The notes beneath the pieces were generated by a model. It had not been told where the DNA came from. It searched no databases and worked only from the letters and a program-made list of their open reading frames with translations. A stretch of DNA of 64,000 nt, from NCBI GenBank assembly GCA_023920165.1, contig CP089276.1, forward strand, positions 1,178,001 through 1,242,000. Reading direction: 5' to 3'. How positions within the stretch are numbered: position 1 is the stretch's first letter; the number at the start of each line of letters is the position of its first letter. Shown in pieces: positions 11,442-24,408 of the stretch. Position numbers and translations under genes: made by a program. This DNA is from Curvularia clavata. Its lineage: Eukaryota.

Positions 11442-14400
11442 TTATCCGGCACCTGCTGTGCCGACCTGTGTATGCTTTTGGAAGCCCGGCGAGCGATAGC
11501 TGTGTCGATGGGGCGAAGCAGTCCGGTGACCGTCTGCAGAAGCTTGCGGGTTCGGCCCGTAGCCAGCGTTGGGTTGACCTCGGTCGGGCCCTGGAGCTGG
11601 GCTGTGTTGATTTCTGACATGGCCGCCCGCTCCGGCGATTGGGCGAGCTGCCTCGCCTGCTTGGACCGAGGGGTTGTTATCCGCTGTGGTGATCTGAGGC
11701 GCGTTGCGTTGGTCCTTCCGGGACGCTGTACCGTTCTGGTCTTTAGATGACGGGTTGCTGGCGGTAATGGGGTTCTTTCCGCGCTGCTCCCATTGTCGCA
11801 TAATCTCCTTGGCGCTCATATCAGATGTTTCATCGCTGAGCAGTTCCATGATTTCTGGTGGCACCTATGCACGGTTAACATGAATTGATACAGGACAAAA
11901 CCGTGGATGACATACCTCGGAGAACTCATCGTTGTTTTCAATGAGGTCAAACACGACCTTGACCGCGCCTTGGTCAACGCTCTTGACCTCTCTGTCGTTG
12001 CTCTCACGGAGAATGTTAGGTGCCATGACGGTAGCAATATTCCACGTGTCCATCTTGTTACCCGTCTCCTCATCGACGGTGTGGAAAGATGAAACCCAGT
12101 TCAAAAAGCAAAACAGTACCTCCATGGTGTCGCGGTGAGCCTTAGGCAGCAAGCACAGGATTAGGTGCAACACCTTCTTCCTTTGCGCTTCATCTTCAAT
12201 ATCTACTCCAGGTTAGCAACGTCAACAAACAGTATTCTGGGAGTAATTACCGTTGGCAACCATAAACAATCTGTAGAGCTTCAGCGTCAGGACCGGCTCA
12301 GGCATCAGCCGGAGGAAGCGCTTTAGGAGATTGGCAAGGATGACAGGGTTCTTGTTGTTCAGGTCAACCTTTTGTACGCCATTGGCGTCTATCTCTTCCT
12401 CAAGCTCACGTAGAGCTTTAAGGTTACCGTTCTTTCGGAATACACCCTCGATAGACATATCCATATTTCGCATCGCGGTGATGCAGTCTTGGAGCAGAGC
12501 TGGGACCTTAAGAGCACCTGGACCAACGCCTTCTGTGCACTCGTCGCCAAACTTCTCTACAAGATATTCGAGAGACTGACGGAAAGTCGCCTTGTCCGAG
12601 ACAGGTTTCTCGACGGCGCTGGTGGCATTCTTCTTGGGTTTGGTCTTGTCGCCCTTGAAGGCTTTACCAAACCCAATTTTGCCCCAGAAGTTGTTCTTTT
12701 TCGATTCAATCAGATCCAGCAACTCGCCCTGGTTGTACTGGCTGTCGTCGAGCAAGAGTCCGAGCTGAAGTACGGCAAGGCCCTTGAGTTTGAAGTACTC
12801 CAGCGGTGAGAGCTCTGAAAAGTAGGTTCGGGGCCGCCCTTCGCTCATTTGTTGCAGGTCTTGGCCGCTTGACAACTCGCGTCGGTGGCCAGTTTGTAGT
12901 TTGCCTTGTTCACCTTGTCCAAGGAGTGCACTACCACCAGCACGGAAAGCATTGGGCCGTTGTTCGCGTTGCTGTTCGAGGGCAGCCATACGCGCGATAT
13001 CGTCCAAGGCAAGAGAATTGACCGCAAGAGTAACGGCGTCAGGGTCATTTCCTTCGCGTTCCTGGACGATTTGCATGCCACCTCGCAACTGCCCCTCACC
13101 TCCAGCCGAGTCCAGACCTTCAGGGCCATCGATGATGCGCGAGGCACGGGCGCGCTTCATCGTGTTGGAGAGGTGCTTGTCAAGGCGGGTGGACCGCAGG
13201 CGTTTGATATCCGACATTGATTGTTCGTATGCGGCATTTTGGCTGACCTGACTTTCCGTGGTAGGTGTCCCGCCGTACGATTTGGAGCGAGTGTCTTGTC
13301 GTAGGTGGGGCGGTTGGGAATCAGCGTCCGCATCTCCAAGACGATGGCCTTGGGAGGAGTCATAGCCGGCCAAATTAGGATCATCTATAAGTCATTAGTG
13401 GGACGAACGTAATCTCGATAGCGGCTCCAGAAATCTGAGTCGAGGTGTCAAGATGAGTGGTGACGATGTGGCCGGTCGAGGAGAGGCTTCTCTTACCTGA
13501 AGTGTGAGGGAGTGCTCCGCTGGATCGCAGCGTGGCCATCAGGCGGGCGTGTGCAACGTTTAGCAAGTGAACATACTGGCGGAGCTTGGTAACCTGCTCA
13601 AACCCATTTTCCGCATCTGCACTCGCTGCTGCGCAGGCAGGACAAAAGATGCTTCGCGTGGACTGGATCCAGTAAGCGTTTCGAGTGTCATGGCGCAGGT
13701 CAGCGTTACAGGCACGACAAATCATGCAGCTGTAGTTGAACGACATGTTGTTCAGGTGTAGACATTTGTCCTCAACCTGAGTGTCGCAAATGGGGCATGC
13801 GTCAGCCCATCTGGGGACCAGGCGAGCAGACTCGACAGCCTGGTCCTTCTGGGCCTCGTCCTCGAGTCGTGCGTCAAGAGAATTGACTTGAGTGAGGAAA
13901 TTGGTAAGGCCAATGGAGCTGCGTGTCTCGCGCTCTAATTTAAGCGCGCCCTGCAGACAGATGCGGATCAGGAGCTTCAGGTAGTGGGCCAAGCCGGTAA
14001 CCAGGGACAGCAGTTCCTGGGTCACGCCCAGACGGCGTACTCCCGTACCTTGGGACTGAGTGAGCAGGGCGAAGAAAGCAACCACTTTCTTACAGAGGAG
14101 CTTTGCTTCGCGCGAGTATGTGAGCCCCTTGGGCGTCTTGACGACGAGTTGTGAATCGAGCGAGTCGGCAGCTGCAAAGAGCAATTCGACATGCACGATG
14201 AATTTCTTGGCCGCCATGACACCGTCCACATAGGCTCCATTACTGACGTGGAGCAGCATATCAGAAATGCAGGTGGCCGACTTTTCTTCAAAGGCTGACA
14301 GTGTCTTCCAGATCCAGTTAACCTTTGCTTCAATTTCCTCCTCTTGCTGGCGCACCGTCTCTCGCACTTCATCTGTCGCGTCGGCGTCGGCCTCTTGCAA

Positions 14401-15296
14401 ATGCTCAACAACAGGTTGGCCAGTCGAATGAAGTCGTACGTTCCAGTACTTGTGGATCATGTAGCACTCTGGGTGCCAATGCTGGTTCTGGCCATTTCTG
14501 AAGATCTCGACAAACTGCTTCAGAATCGACGTCTGACAACCATTGCAACGCTGGGCAAACTTGGTCGAGTAGTGGTAGTGGCAGTAGACGCTGCCCTCGT
14601 GCTCATAGTAGCTGTCGGATGCACCGAATACGGTGGGGCAGACGGAGCAGGTAAAGTGCTCAATGTGGTATTTGCGGTCGAGCGCGGTAATGTAAGAGCC
14701 GCGCAGAGCTTGTCCGCACTCGAAGCATAGGAGGTCGAGTCGTCGGAAATAATCGGTCTCGCACAATGGGTACTGGCCAGGGGGTTTCTCAGGAACGGGG
14801 AAGAATTTGGATGCCACAATCTTGTTGCAGTCCTACGAGACGGTCAGCCAGGCGGTCAATCAGTCAACATACGGAGGGGTGGTTGCTGGTACAGGGCGCG
14901 CCAGCCACAACTCGGAGCACATTGCCCGGTTACACGGCGCGCCTCTATTGTTTTCTGGTCGGGCAACAATGTGGGAGAGCGTCTTACATGGCAGGTAAAG
15001 CATTCGAGGTGAAAGGTATCGCCCAAGGCGCGCACGAATTGGCCAGTGAGTCCTTCGCCGCACTTTCCACATATCTTGCCGGTGCGCTTGGGCTTTTGGA
15101 CGGGTTGATTCATGTCTCCGGGGTCGGTCGCGGAGCGTGAGGGGTAACCCATGCGGTCGTGGGGTCCGAGGGAGGACGAGGATGCTCCGTCGTCGGTGGC
15201 CCGGCGCTGGAGGCCGTTGCTGTGGGGGTCATTGTTGTACTGGTGTTGGGCGCCCTGGTGATCCATCGGAGGCGGTCCCTCCGCTGGTGTTCCCAT
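11442..15296 (-). CDS. LRG1: LIM-domain Rho GTPase-activating protein (Lrg1-like); exons about 15296-14988, 14832-13497, 13384-12251, 12202-11916, 11864-11442
   Basis: Three LIM domains (CGKC...HLECFTC, CFEC...HIEHFTC, CNGC...HPEC) and a RhoGAP domain (EGVFRKNG arginine finger, LKRFLRLMPEPV, NKMDTWNIATVMAPNIL). Introns join in frame. Confidence 0.9.
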
Positions 15297-15532
15297 ATCC
15301 GGTTACGCCAGTTTCGAGGATGCTCCCTCTGCAGTGTAGGGGGAGGTGAGGACGCTTGGCGGTAGCCGAGGGGCCAAAGGGGGTGCGTGACGACGAGGCG
15401 GTGACGGAAAGGGGCCAAGCAGCAATGGCACGTGTTGCGATATGGCAGTCGAAGAGGTTATGGGAAGTGTGGCGGCGAAGATATGGCGAGGCTTTGTGAG
15501 GCGATGATGGCAGCTGGGGGCAGGTGGCTGAC

Positions 15533-15575
15533 GGGCGGCAGGGCGGCAGGGCGGCAGGGCGGCAGGGCGGCAGGG
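15533..15575 (+). repeat. (GGGCGGCA)5 tandem repeat upstream of the RhoGAP start
   Basis: Five perfect 8-mers plus GGG, read directly. Confidence 0.9.
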
Positions 15576-15823
15576 TGCTGGGGGGTCGCGCTCTTTCCGT
15601 GGATGCGCAGCGTCTAGCAGCGGGCGGGCGATGGGTGGATGGTCTGGATATGGCACAATGGGCGTCGTGGTAAGCTCGACGACGACATGCGGTCGCAGCG
15701 GGATGGGAGAGAGGGCGGCGTGCGGTGCAATTAGGTTGGCCGGGGTGTGACCCTGAGCGATTGGTGAAACGCAGGCAGGGCAGCCAAGGAGATGGATGTG
15801 GTGGCGTGCGGGTGGGGATTGTG

Positions 15824-15855
<32 letters not shown>

Positions 15856-15856
15856 G
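15824..15856 (+). repeat. (CAG)n microsatellite, 11 units with one CAA
   Basis: Read directly; lies between the divergent RhoGAP and RPB4 genes. Confidence 0.9.
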
Positions 15857-16839
15857 AAGCGGGAGGAGCAGCGTCAGGTGACCGGCACGAGGACAGGCGC
15901 ACGACGAGCTGGCGCTTTGGGGGCAGCGAAGAAGAAGCGCGAGGCTGGTGGGTGTTTTCTATCTCGTGCTGTGCTGGGGCGTGATCGAGGATGGAGAGCA
16001 GAGGCATGGGCCAATGTCGAGACGCGCTATAGTCCGCATTGGGCGGCGGCTGTATTTGGATCTACACGCGCAGCACCACCAGGCCGCTCACAGGCGCCTT
16101 TTTGGGGTTATTTTGGGACGCAGCAACAGCGCGCCCAGAGGCTTGCAGCGACGGTGGACGCGCAAGGCGCTTTACATGTCGTCGCCATGACCAGAACTTG
16201 TCGAGGCGGCGCACCGTACAGTCGTCATGGTCCGGGGTCAGGGCAGGCTATTCCTGGCGCATGGTGCTGCAGGCTGTCTGCAGGCGGAACCCCAACCCAA
16301 CCAGCAACAAGGCGGGGAAGGCCGTCAGGCAAGCAAAGGCAGGCTTCGACCTCTGCTTCTCTTTGTCGAGTCCTACTTGGTTTCTTGCTGTGCTGGAGCA
16401 ATCTGACGAAGCTTTCTCAAGCTCATGTCTAGTCAACACCGCCATGGAGTGTGAATATTGCGTAGTGCATCATGGAAATCCAGACGTGTTTGCATCTGGC
16501 CCGTGTTTCTTAGAGCAGAGAAAACTCTCTTCTTGGAGTTGATGAGATGAGTTGAGTGCAGTTCCGTTCCGACTATTTCGGCACGGGTCTTGGCATCGGC
16601 CCAGTCGCGACTTCCCCGTATGGCACTCGACGACATCCCTTCGCTCCTGCCACTGCCACTGCCACCGCCGCTGTCCTGGTCCCGTGACATCGCGTCTGCG
16701 CCCAAGCACCAACATCTCCACCTCCAGTCGCTTCCACCACTGCGCCCGAGTGCATCCACCACCCCCAGAAAAAGTACGACGACGTTTCGCATAGCGACAA
16801 GCCTCCGCCAACTCATTCATTCCCACCACCACCTACGCC

Positions 16840-17467
16840 ATGGAGGGAGACGGCGACCAAAACGCGCCGCGAAGGCCTGAGCCACCAGTCTTCAAAGCCC
16901 CAAGGCTGGTCTCGCGCCCCAAGCCCCCCGTCCAGCAGGAGGAGGAGATGGGCGCCGAAATCAAACTGGGCGACTTTGAAGATGTCCATGCCCTGTCCGT
17001 TTCCGAGGCCCGCGCCGTCGTCACGGCCGTCCACGAGGCCCGCAAGAAGAAGGATCCCGAGAACAATCCCCTGCGCGATCGCATTTACAACGACAGCATG
17101 TGAGTGGCATTCGCGCATTGCCACAAGGCAAACAAAGACTGAGGCTGACCCTGGTCCAGCACAATCACCCAGTTTCTCGACTACCTCGACACCTTTGCCC
17201 GCTACAAAGAGGAAGACAGCTTGCATTCCATCGCCGCCCTTTTCGATGCCCACCCTGAGATCTCGGTCGTCGAAAAGGCACTGCTGGGTAATACATACCT
17301 ACGACCAAGCGACTGGCAATGAGTTGCTAACAACCCCGCCAGGAACTCTGACCCCCGACACCGCCGAGGAAGCTACCACGCTCATCCCTTCTCTCAAGAT
17401 GGATGAGGACGAGCTGCAGCTGATCCTCGACGAGCTGAACAAGATGCGTGAGTTGAAACAAATGTAA
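16840..17467 (+). CDS. RPB4: RNA polymerase II subunit Rpb4; exons 16840-17099, 17160-17287, 17343-17467
   Basis: Spliced product has LSVSEARAVV...FLDYLDTFARYK...EKALLGTLTPDTAEEATTLIPSLK...LQLILDEL, the Rpb4 signature. Confidence 0.9.
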
Positions 17468-18295
17468 AATGATGTAGACATGGGAAACTGACTTTTCGGG
17501 CAGAGGATCGACTTCGATAGTACTACGACCTTTCGACCACAGAACAATCTCGCCCCGGCTCATGAATGCGAACCATGACTTACACACATGCACCTCCACA
17601 CTGGCGGTGGTTGACGCTGCTGTTTAAAGTTACCAGCCGATTGCAACCACAATGATCAACACACGGCAACTGGCCAAAGGACAGGTCCAGGCCTCGATCT
17701 AAAATTTGTACCAACATTCCTCTCCAGCACCCGCTTAGGGAATCGTCTCCAAAATGTCTACTCAGCGGTTGGATAGCTTACTTGTTATGACACTGCAGAA
17801 TCCAAATTATCTCTGCGCTCATCTCGTTCCAGCGTCTTCCCTGGTTCTTTCTCAATTCATCCCATGCAACAGTCTTGGCCCATGCCACGTCCTTGACTGG
17901 TATTGTTTCACACACTATTGCCACACTGTCAGACTGGGTGCAGCCGACCATGTACTTACGACACTCTAAATGTACGCGCAACCCTTGCCACCATCTCAAA
18001 ATAGATACCAACCATATGCTCTTGCTGCACGATATCATAACCCTGCAATGTGCTGTGTCAAAATCAACATGCGCAAGCATCTGATTTTAGTTTATTGTTC
18101 GGGATGATGCATTAACGGTATTATCGCAGGTTTATTCCGAGTTCTTCGATCAAAAACACACAAGGCTAATCAAAGAATATGCAAAATCACTCATATAGCG
18201 GAACGAACTCCCCACAGATCTCCGAATCCTAGCTTTGCGACGATAAATCAAACCTACCAGATACCAACAACCCCTCACACCCTTACCCAGTTTCC

Positions 18296-20450
18296 TCAAA
18301 TCCCATTTGCCTTACTCCCCCGCGTAAGTTCTGGATACGTACTTACACTCGCCCAATACTCAATTGGCGCGCCCTCCTCCTGCGGAATCCTCGCCTGCGT
18401 ACTGAGCACTGTGACATTAACTTTGTCCCGCATTGACTTCGGCAGTGATTCGCCATCATCCTGTTTACATCAGCTTAGCCACTCCACATATCCACTGCAG
18501 TATGATGGAAAAACCTTACATCCAAAACATCCCACACTAATGCTTGTCTGAGAAACGGCACCACATCTCCCGGCTCCAAACTCGCCAGCGCCCCGCTATT
18601 AACACGATCGACAAGCGCAGCAGTCAGACTCGCAGTACCATACAGTCTGTCCACTCCCACACCCGGATGCACGCCCTGCTCGCCTTTCTGATGAGACGGC
18701 AAAAGCACCATCCAACTCCCCACCTCAACCGGCTTTTCTCCCCCAGGCGCAAGCCCAAACTGCACGCGGAAAGTGTCTCGGAAGGTATCCGTCGGCACGC
18801 TCGATTCAATGCTCCAATCGGTAAACATGTTATTCTTCTGCGCCAGCATCTGTCCAAATAGTGTAACTTTCTCGCCCACAACTTTCTGCGTCATTTGCTC
18901 GCGTACCCGTCCGCTGTACAGCCGTGCAATGACAGAGGCAGCGTTTGCCTGGTAGGATTCGTCAGAGGCAAATTTCCACCGCTGTGTCTCAGGGTACGAG
19001 TATCCGAGCGACGTGGTGTCACGGCATGCATTGGTGGTCCAGAAGGTGTTTGCGTCTTTGCGGAAGGGAAGGAGTGGTGTGTCGGCGGTGATTTGCTGGT
19101 TATCGGCGAGGAAGACGTTGGTTTGTGTGCCGACGTTTGAGGGTTGCATCCAGGTGTCGGGGTGGGCGGCTTGGTACAGAGCAAACAGGCGGTCGACGTT
19201 GCTAGATGAGATTGGGTCACTTCTTACTGCTTTGCGAGTACTTTTGGTCGGAGAAAGGACTTACGCGTGGTGAAGCATGAATAGGGGCTCAAAGGCGGAG
19301 TATTCCAATGGCCACATGTGGCCCCAGTATGGTGACTCGCGTTGGTAACCTCCGCCGATGACGCCGTGGACCCAGCCGTGGACGTCCTCAAGTGTGGATG
19401 AGAAGCGCGAAAAAGAGCTAGACCGGAAGGCGACGCCTGTTTGCGAAACAAGGTTGTTGGACTGGTTTTTGAAGGCTTCTGCGAACATCAGGGGGCGTGA
19501 TGGCGTCCATGGGTCGTCAGATGCGGGCCATCGAATAGTCGTGTTGATATATCGCCACTGATGTATTGTCAGTTTCTTCTCCAAAATGGGTGAGCGTTCC
19601 GCTTACCTTGCCTTCGAATCCCTGTGGCAAGGGGTGGAATTGGTACGAAAAGAGCGGGTTGTCTAATCCTTTTGACACTCCGCTTGTGTCCCTAACCATG
19701 ATGGTGGGTGAGAGGAAGATGTCCGGTGCTGGCCCTGTCTTTGTGCCCTGAGCCCAATCCCAGTATGGCATGCGGAATTCATTGGCGGCAGCGAGGTAGC
19801 GTTTGATTTGGTCTGGTGGAGCATTTGCGGCTATGTCGTGTACGTGACTGGAAAGGACTTGCTATGTTTGGTCAGCTCTTGCCTCCAAATTCCCGCTGAA
19901 AACTTCTTTAAAGAAATGAGAATGTGATCCTTACTTCAAAAAGTGCGAGATATGGGCGATGCCACCCCAGAAAAAGCTCATTGTCATGTGGACAGTAACC
20001 CGCCTTGCCAATCTTGTTTGGTAGACCTGGTGCGTCTCCCCATGTCTGGTATGGTCTCCCATGGATTGCTACCAGCATCTCTTAGCACATCGGACGAGTT
20101 CAGGAACATTTTACTCACACCCAATGCCATAGAAAGAGTACGGATCGCTTTGATCTGCTTGCTGCAGGCGTGCTAGTGCGAACATATACAAGCTCCATTG
20201 GTCGGGGTAGTTGTCTTTCAAGTCTCGAATTTCGTGTCGTGCATATATATTACCTGCAGAAAGTCAGAAAATTGCTTGTCGTTGAGATGTACATTGGGTT
20301 ACCATTTTCGTCTCGTGAAGCAGCCCCAGTCACTATGCCCACTCTAGATTGCCGGGTCACGTGGGGACCTTCATGCTGGATTGGTGTGCATACGACATAT
20401 GAGGCGAGAAGAAGAGATGCTAAAATGTATATTTTCCGAAAACTAGGCAT
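18296..20450 (-). CDS. Secreted tyrosinase (type-3 copper protein), multi-exon
   Basis: Signal peptide MPSFRKIYILASLLLASYVVC; CuA site IHG...YCPHDNELFLGWHRPYL; RMPYWDWA; CuB site EDVHGWVHGVIGG...AFEPLFMLHHANVDRL; C-terminal cap domain. Confidence 0.92.
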
Positions 20451-21877
20451 CGTGGGTGGGAGTCTTTCCAGAACTGGGTGTTATCAGCTGAAGACTAGTC
20501 AGCGGAGATGCATGGATATTCATACTTTGGCATGGCATCTTCCATGTTCAGAATAAATCAGCCAATGCCACAGGTCATCCAACGAATGTTTGATGAACAG
20601 TTCGCAGTACAGCTCTTTTGTGCGTGTATTCGTGACGTGGATCGAATACGTTTGAAGTGCCCGGTAGCGTCGCTTTATATTGTGCGTTGAGAGAGGCAAT
20701 CATTTTCGCATTAAGCAGGGACGATAAGCCACTTATCACCACGGTGATAAACTACTGGGTTTGTGGCGTGGGGAGTCTTAACAGCAACACAGTGGCTTGC
20801 CTGGAAATCCCTAAGCAGGAAACACTCCACTTACTCTTTCCCAGGTACACGTGGCTTGAACAAGGCATGCCAAGTGCTAATTAGAACACAAAATGCGGCA
20901 ATAGACTCCAAGGGCCCGGCGCAAAGCCTACCTGGAAATGTGATGCCTCGACTGCCAACATACGCTTTCATCAGCAGCCGACTAGAACAAGGCTGATAGG
21001 AGGGATCACAAGAGTAGCACACTCACATAACTTGCAATGTGGCAAATATAGAATCCGAGAGAGTCAGAAGAGAGTTCTAGACTCTGGGGTGGTGGTGAAT
21101 GAAGTTCCGATACAGAGTAGCGCTGGCATATTGAAAAAAAAGCCATGACTGCGCCCAGTGCTGTTCTTGTTGCTTGTGTCCCTTTCGCCATGGGAGTACG
21201 ATCATACCACAACAGGACCACTCGAGGAATTGTGCAACCTGTGACACACATACCTTGCCGTACTTGAAAGCTTTTCCATGACTGCAGCGACGCGGTTGTC
21301 TACAGCGACCAGGGCAGAGCACGCTCCATGTGTATTTGCCATCACCGCTAGCTCTCTGAGGAGTAATTTCACGGAATGAACGATAGGGTTGGGTCACGTC
21401 AATTTCTCATGAGGTCATCGTCGTGCAGTACGTTTAAAATACGCACTTTACAGTGTGACTTGGTAGCGACTACGTGTTTGGGAAATGTTAACGAGAACAA
21501 ACACGTGTCGATGATCAATGATTGCATGCAACACGACAATTGTTATACTACCTTTGGATGTTTGATGCTCACGTGTCATGTTAGTGAAGTGTAGTGAAAC
21601 ACCAGGTTGTGTCAATCGATTGGTCTTCACGGCGGTAGGACGTTGCAGAAGAACGGAAATAGTGGATTTCAGTATCGGAGTTTCCGGTATCAAACGCTAA
21701 AAAAATTCCTTCGTGTAACTAGAAAGTGCCGAGTAATTGGTTTATCCGAACATGAGCATCTTGAAAGACAGTCGCATGCGCGCAACACCATAGTAGCATA
21801 TGAGCTGTCCGGCTGCCATAATCGTGAACGTCGTAAATTGTGCCAAACGGTAATCTCGGTCCAGGCTTATCACAGTA

Positions 21878-23044
21878 TCAGATGTCGTTGTAACCCAGCA
21901 GTCGCTTGTCCAGTTCCATGTCAGCGACTGCCCAAGCCCAAGCACGACCAGCCTCACCATGCCACAGCGAGGATGGATCGTCCGACTTTTCCAGCATCCC
22001 ATCTTTTGCCATGGACTTGATCTCATGACCTGTGGTGTAAGTCATGAAGTGTTCAAACTGCTTGCCATCCAAAGCAAGCGCATTCCCAGTGATACCATGA
22101 CAGAGACAGGGCTCCTTGGTCAGAAGTCCTCTTTCCCAGATGCATTCCCTAGCTTTTGCTATGACCCTGTCAATGCGGTCATGGAGACCAGGAAAGTACT
22201 TTCGGATCGAAAGAAGGGAAATGACGATGCCGGGCGCCCCGTGGCACACTTGTACGAGCTTGTCCCGCCCTGGCGGCAGCGATGAGGGAAAGTTGCCGCT
22301 TTCGTACTGATAGCTGAGCAAAGCGCCTAGCTCTGCGTCCAATTTGGGTGCCCATGCAGGATCGGTAAGGACGATCTGTGTAATGATACCAATAGCCCCG
22401 TGGACGGCACCAACATAAGCTTTTCGATTCCATTTCCAGGGGCGTGGACTATCCATGATGTTTTCAATGATCTCGTCCGCGGTATCTTCGATGAGATCGG
22501 TGATTTCCTTGTTGTCAGCAAAAGCCTTGCGTACTAGCCGGAGGAGATACAGATAGCCTGCACGACCGTAGAGCCATTCGTTAGAAGTTCCCTCCTCGAG
22601 CATAACAGCAGCGTGATCACACAGCTCTTTGACAGTGTCTGGATCTTTTGCTGTTATAGCGTACAGCGCAAGCAGCGACATGATGTCGTTCGAGACACCA
22701 CATTTCTTAGGAGAAGGCGGTGGGAATTCCTTGATGTGAGTTTGCGCCTGCTCAATGTAGGCTGCGGACCATGTGTTCAAGGGGTAGCCGTCCAGTTTCA
22801 AGTCCGGATAAAGGTCGTGCAACGCATAGAAGAGGAAGGCGACCGAGATGGGCCCATAGTATAAGCCTCCACCTGGGGGAATGTGGTGCGGAGGATAGTC
22901 GGTGATCAGCCGGTCCAGAGACGCTAGTAATTGTTTGTGAGGGTCCCGTCGTGCGAGCGGCGCATCGTTGCGAAAATAGCGGGGTATGGAAGGAGGTGCT
23001 TCTTTTGCGGCGGATGCTGCAGATGGCGCAGCTTCTTCAGACAT
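21878..23044 (-). CDS. LanC-like (lanthionine synthetase C-like, LanCL) protein
   Basis: GLYYG, EWLYGRAGYL, YVGAVHGAIGI, VCHGAPG and CLCHGITGNA (Zn ligands), SLWHGEAG. The ATG at 23044 is preferred over the ORF-track start. Confidence 0.9.
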   Translation of the reverse strand: MSEEAAPSAASAAKEAPPSIPRYFRNDAPLARRDPHKQLLASLDRLITDYPPHHIPPGGGLYYGPISVAFLFYALHDLYPDLKLDGYPLNTWSAAYIEQAQTHIKEFPPPSPKKCGVSNDIMSLLALYAITAKDPDTVKELCDHAAVMLEEGTSNEWLYGRAGYLYLLRLVRKAFADNKEITDLIEDTADEIIENIMDSPRPWKWNRKAYVGAVHGAIGIITQIVLTDPAWAPKLDAELGALLSYQYESGNFPSSLPPGRDKLVQVCHGAPGIVISLLSIRKYFPGLHDRIDRVIAKARECIWERGLLTKEPCLCHGITGNALALDGKQFEHFMTYTTGHEIKSMAKDGMLEKSDDPSSLWHGEAGRAWAWAVADMELDKRLLGYNDI

Positions 23045-23604
23045 GGCGGCAATATGGATTGTATTAAGTGAAGAGGATTTTTGGAAATGGAACGGGTAAA
23101 GTTGACACAAGTTTCGGTCTGCGCAATTGATCTGCGACGATGCCTACAAACACGCGGACATGGCTGCCCAAGCGTGACGTCAGCGGGGCCCATATTAACT
23201 TCTTTCTGTGATTGGCCTTGTACCATGTCCGATCCGCCCAGCAAGTTCCATGGAATTTTGGATTTCTAGATATGGGATATCTTGCTCGCCATTCTAAAAA
23301 TATTTTTCTCCGGTGTTTTCACGGCCTGGATTTGAGACGATTGGAGAAGGCATTGCGTTTCGCAACAGTGCTAAACCCATGTACGTGAGTCTCTGTGCAG
23401 GTGACCATCTGTGGTATTATGTGACGAAGCGGTGTATCTGTTTTAAACCATCATCATTATATGTCTACTTCACAACTCATTACATGAAACCATTTTGAAC
23501 CCTCGCCTTTTTTGCGATAATCTATCTTCTACTAACATTTCAGTTCTTGCCCTGGCGTCCTTGCTGTCCACAATCATCAAAACCATTTCGTATGTCCTAC
23601 AAAT

Positions 23605-24408
23605 CTACCTCTCAACGGGATGACCAGGCCACGGTAACGGTTCTGCTGGGAGTTCGGCGAAATGCCCAGCCGAGGCTCGGTGACAATGCTCGTGCAGTAT
23701 TTCTCGACTATCCAGTTGCGAGGGCTCGAATCGATCCGTCGAATCTGCCCTATACAGGGCTGCCACCTTTTGCTGAAATTGCGTAGAGGCTTTTTCTGAG
23801 TACAAATTAGACTCACACGCTTAGACTCTAATTGGAGTTTCGTCCAACCTACTCGAGAGCTGGGGTGTCATATCTCCGCCCGCCCAGGATGAAGGGTATT
23901 TTGGTGATTGGTATACTGTTGTAAGACGGCGCTTTCGAACGCAATAGAAGATGGCTGACATGAGGGCACAGAGAATAACAAAACCGAGTACAGAGCCCAC
24001 AATTGCTGCTACTGGCGTCGAGTGTGTGTGATTTGACGTTGATGGTGTTGCGACCGAGGTTGGCATTGCCTTCTCTGTAACGGTCTTGTATGAAGTCTCT
24101 ACTGGTTGTGAAGTACCTGTTGCATCTCGGGTGGTCGTGATCATTGAGCTAGGTGAGTTTGTCGATATATCTCCAGATGGACTAGTAGAATTACTTGAGA
24201 TGGCACTTGAAGCTGGTTGTTGTCAGTCACATCCATCAGTCATATGGTACGTAAACTTGCATCGCCCCGGAGTGAGGTCCTTGTCGGCTGGACAAGTGCT
24301 GCCCGGCCCGCAAGGATCTATAGTACAACAACCACGAAAGCCATTGCATACGTAGAAGACACCTCCAGCCGGACAGCCATCCACGCGAGGTAGAAGTATC
24401 GAAGTCAT
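23605..24408 (-). CDS. Single-pass membrane protein with a Cys-rich N-terminal module and a Ser/Thr stalk; 3 exons
   Basis: CPAGGVFYVCNGFRGCCTIDPCGPGSTCP, a Ser/Thr-rich linker, TM helix VAAIVGSVLGFVILCALMSAIFYC-VRKRR, and a tail with QLDSREI and AELPAEP. Needs a GC-AG intron (24260-24213) and a second intron near 23852-23796. Confidence 0.72.

Noticed and set aside
15303..16542. Overlapping 167-235 aa ORFs with poly-A or poly-Q
   Set aside because: Low-complexity GC-rich region between the RhoGAP and RPB4 genes; open frames are expected by chance.
17466..17496. C/D-box-like ATGATG...CTGA after RPB4
   Set aside because: Only about 30 nt with an imperfect C box; too short for a snoRNA.
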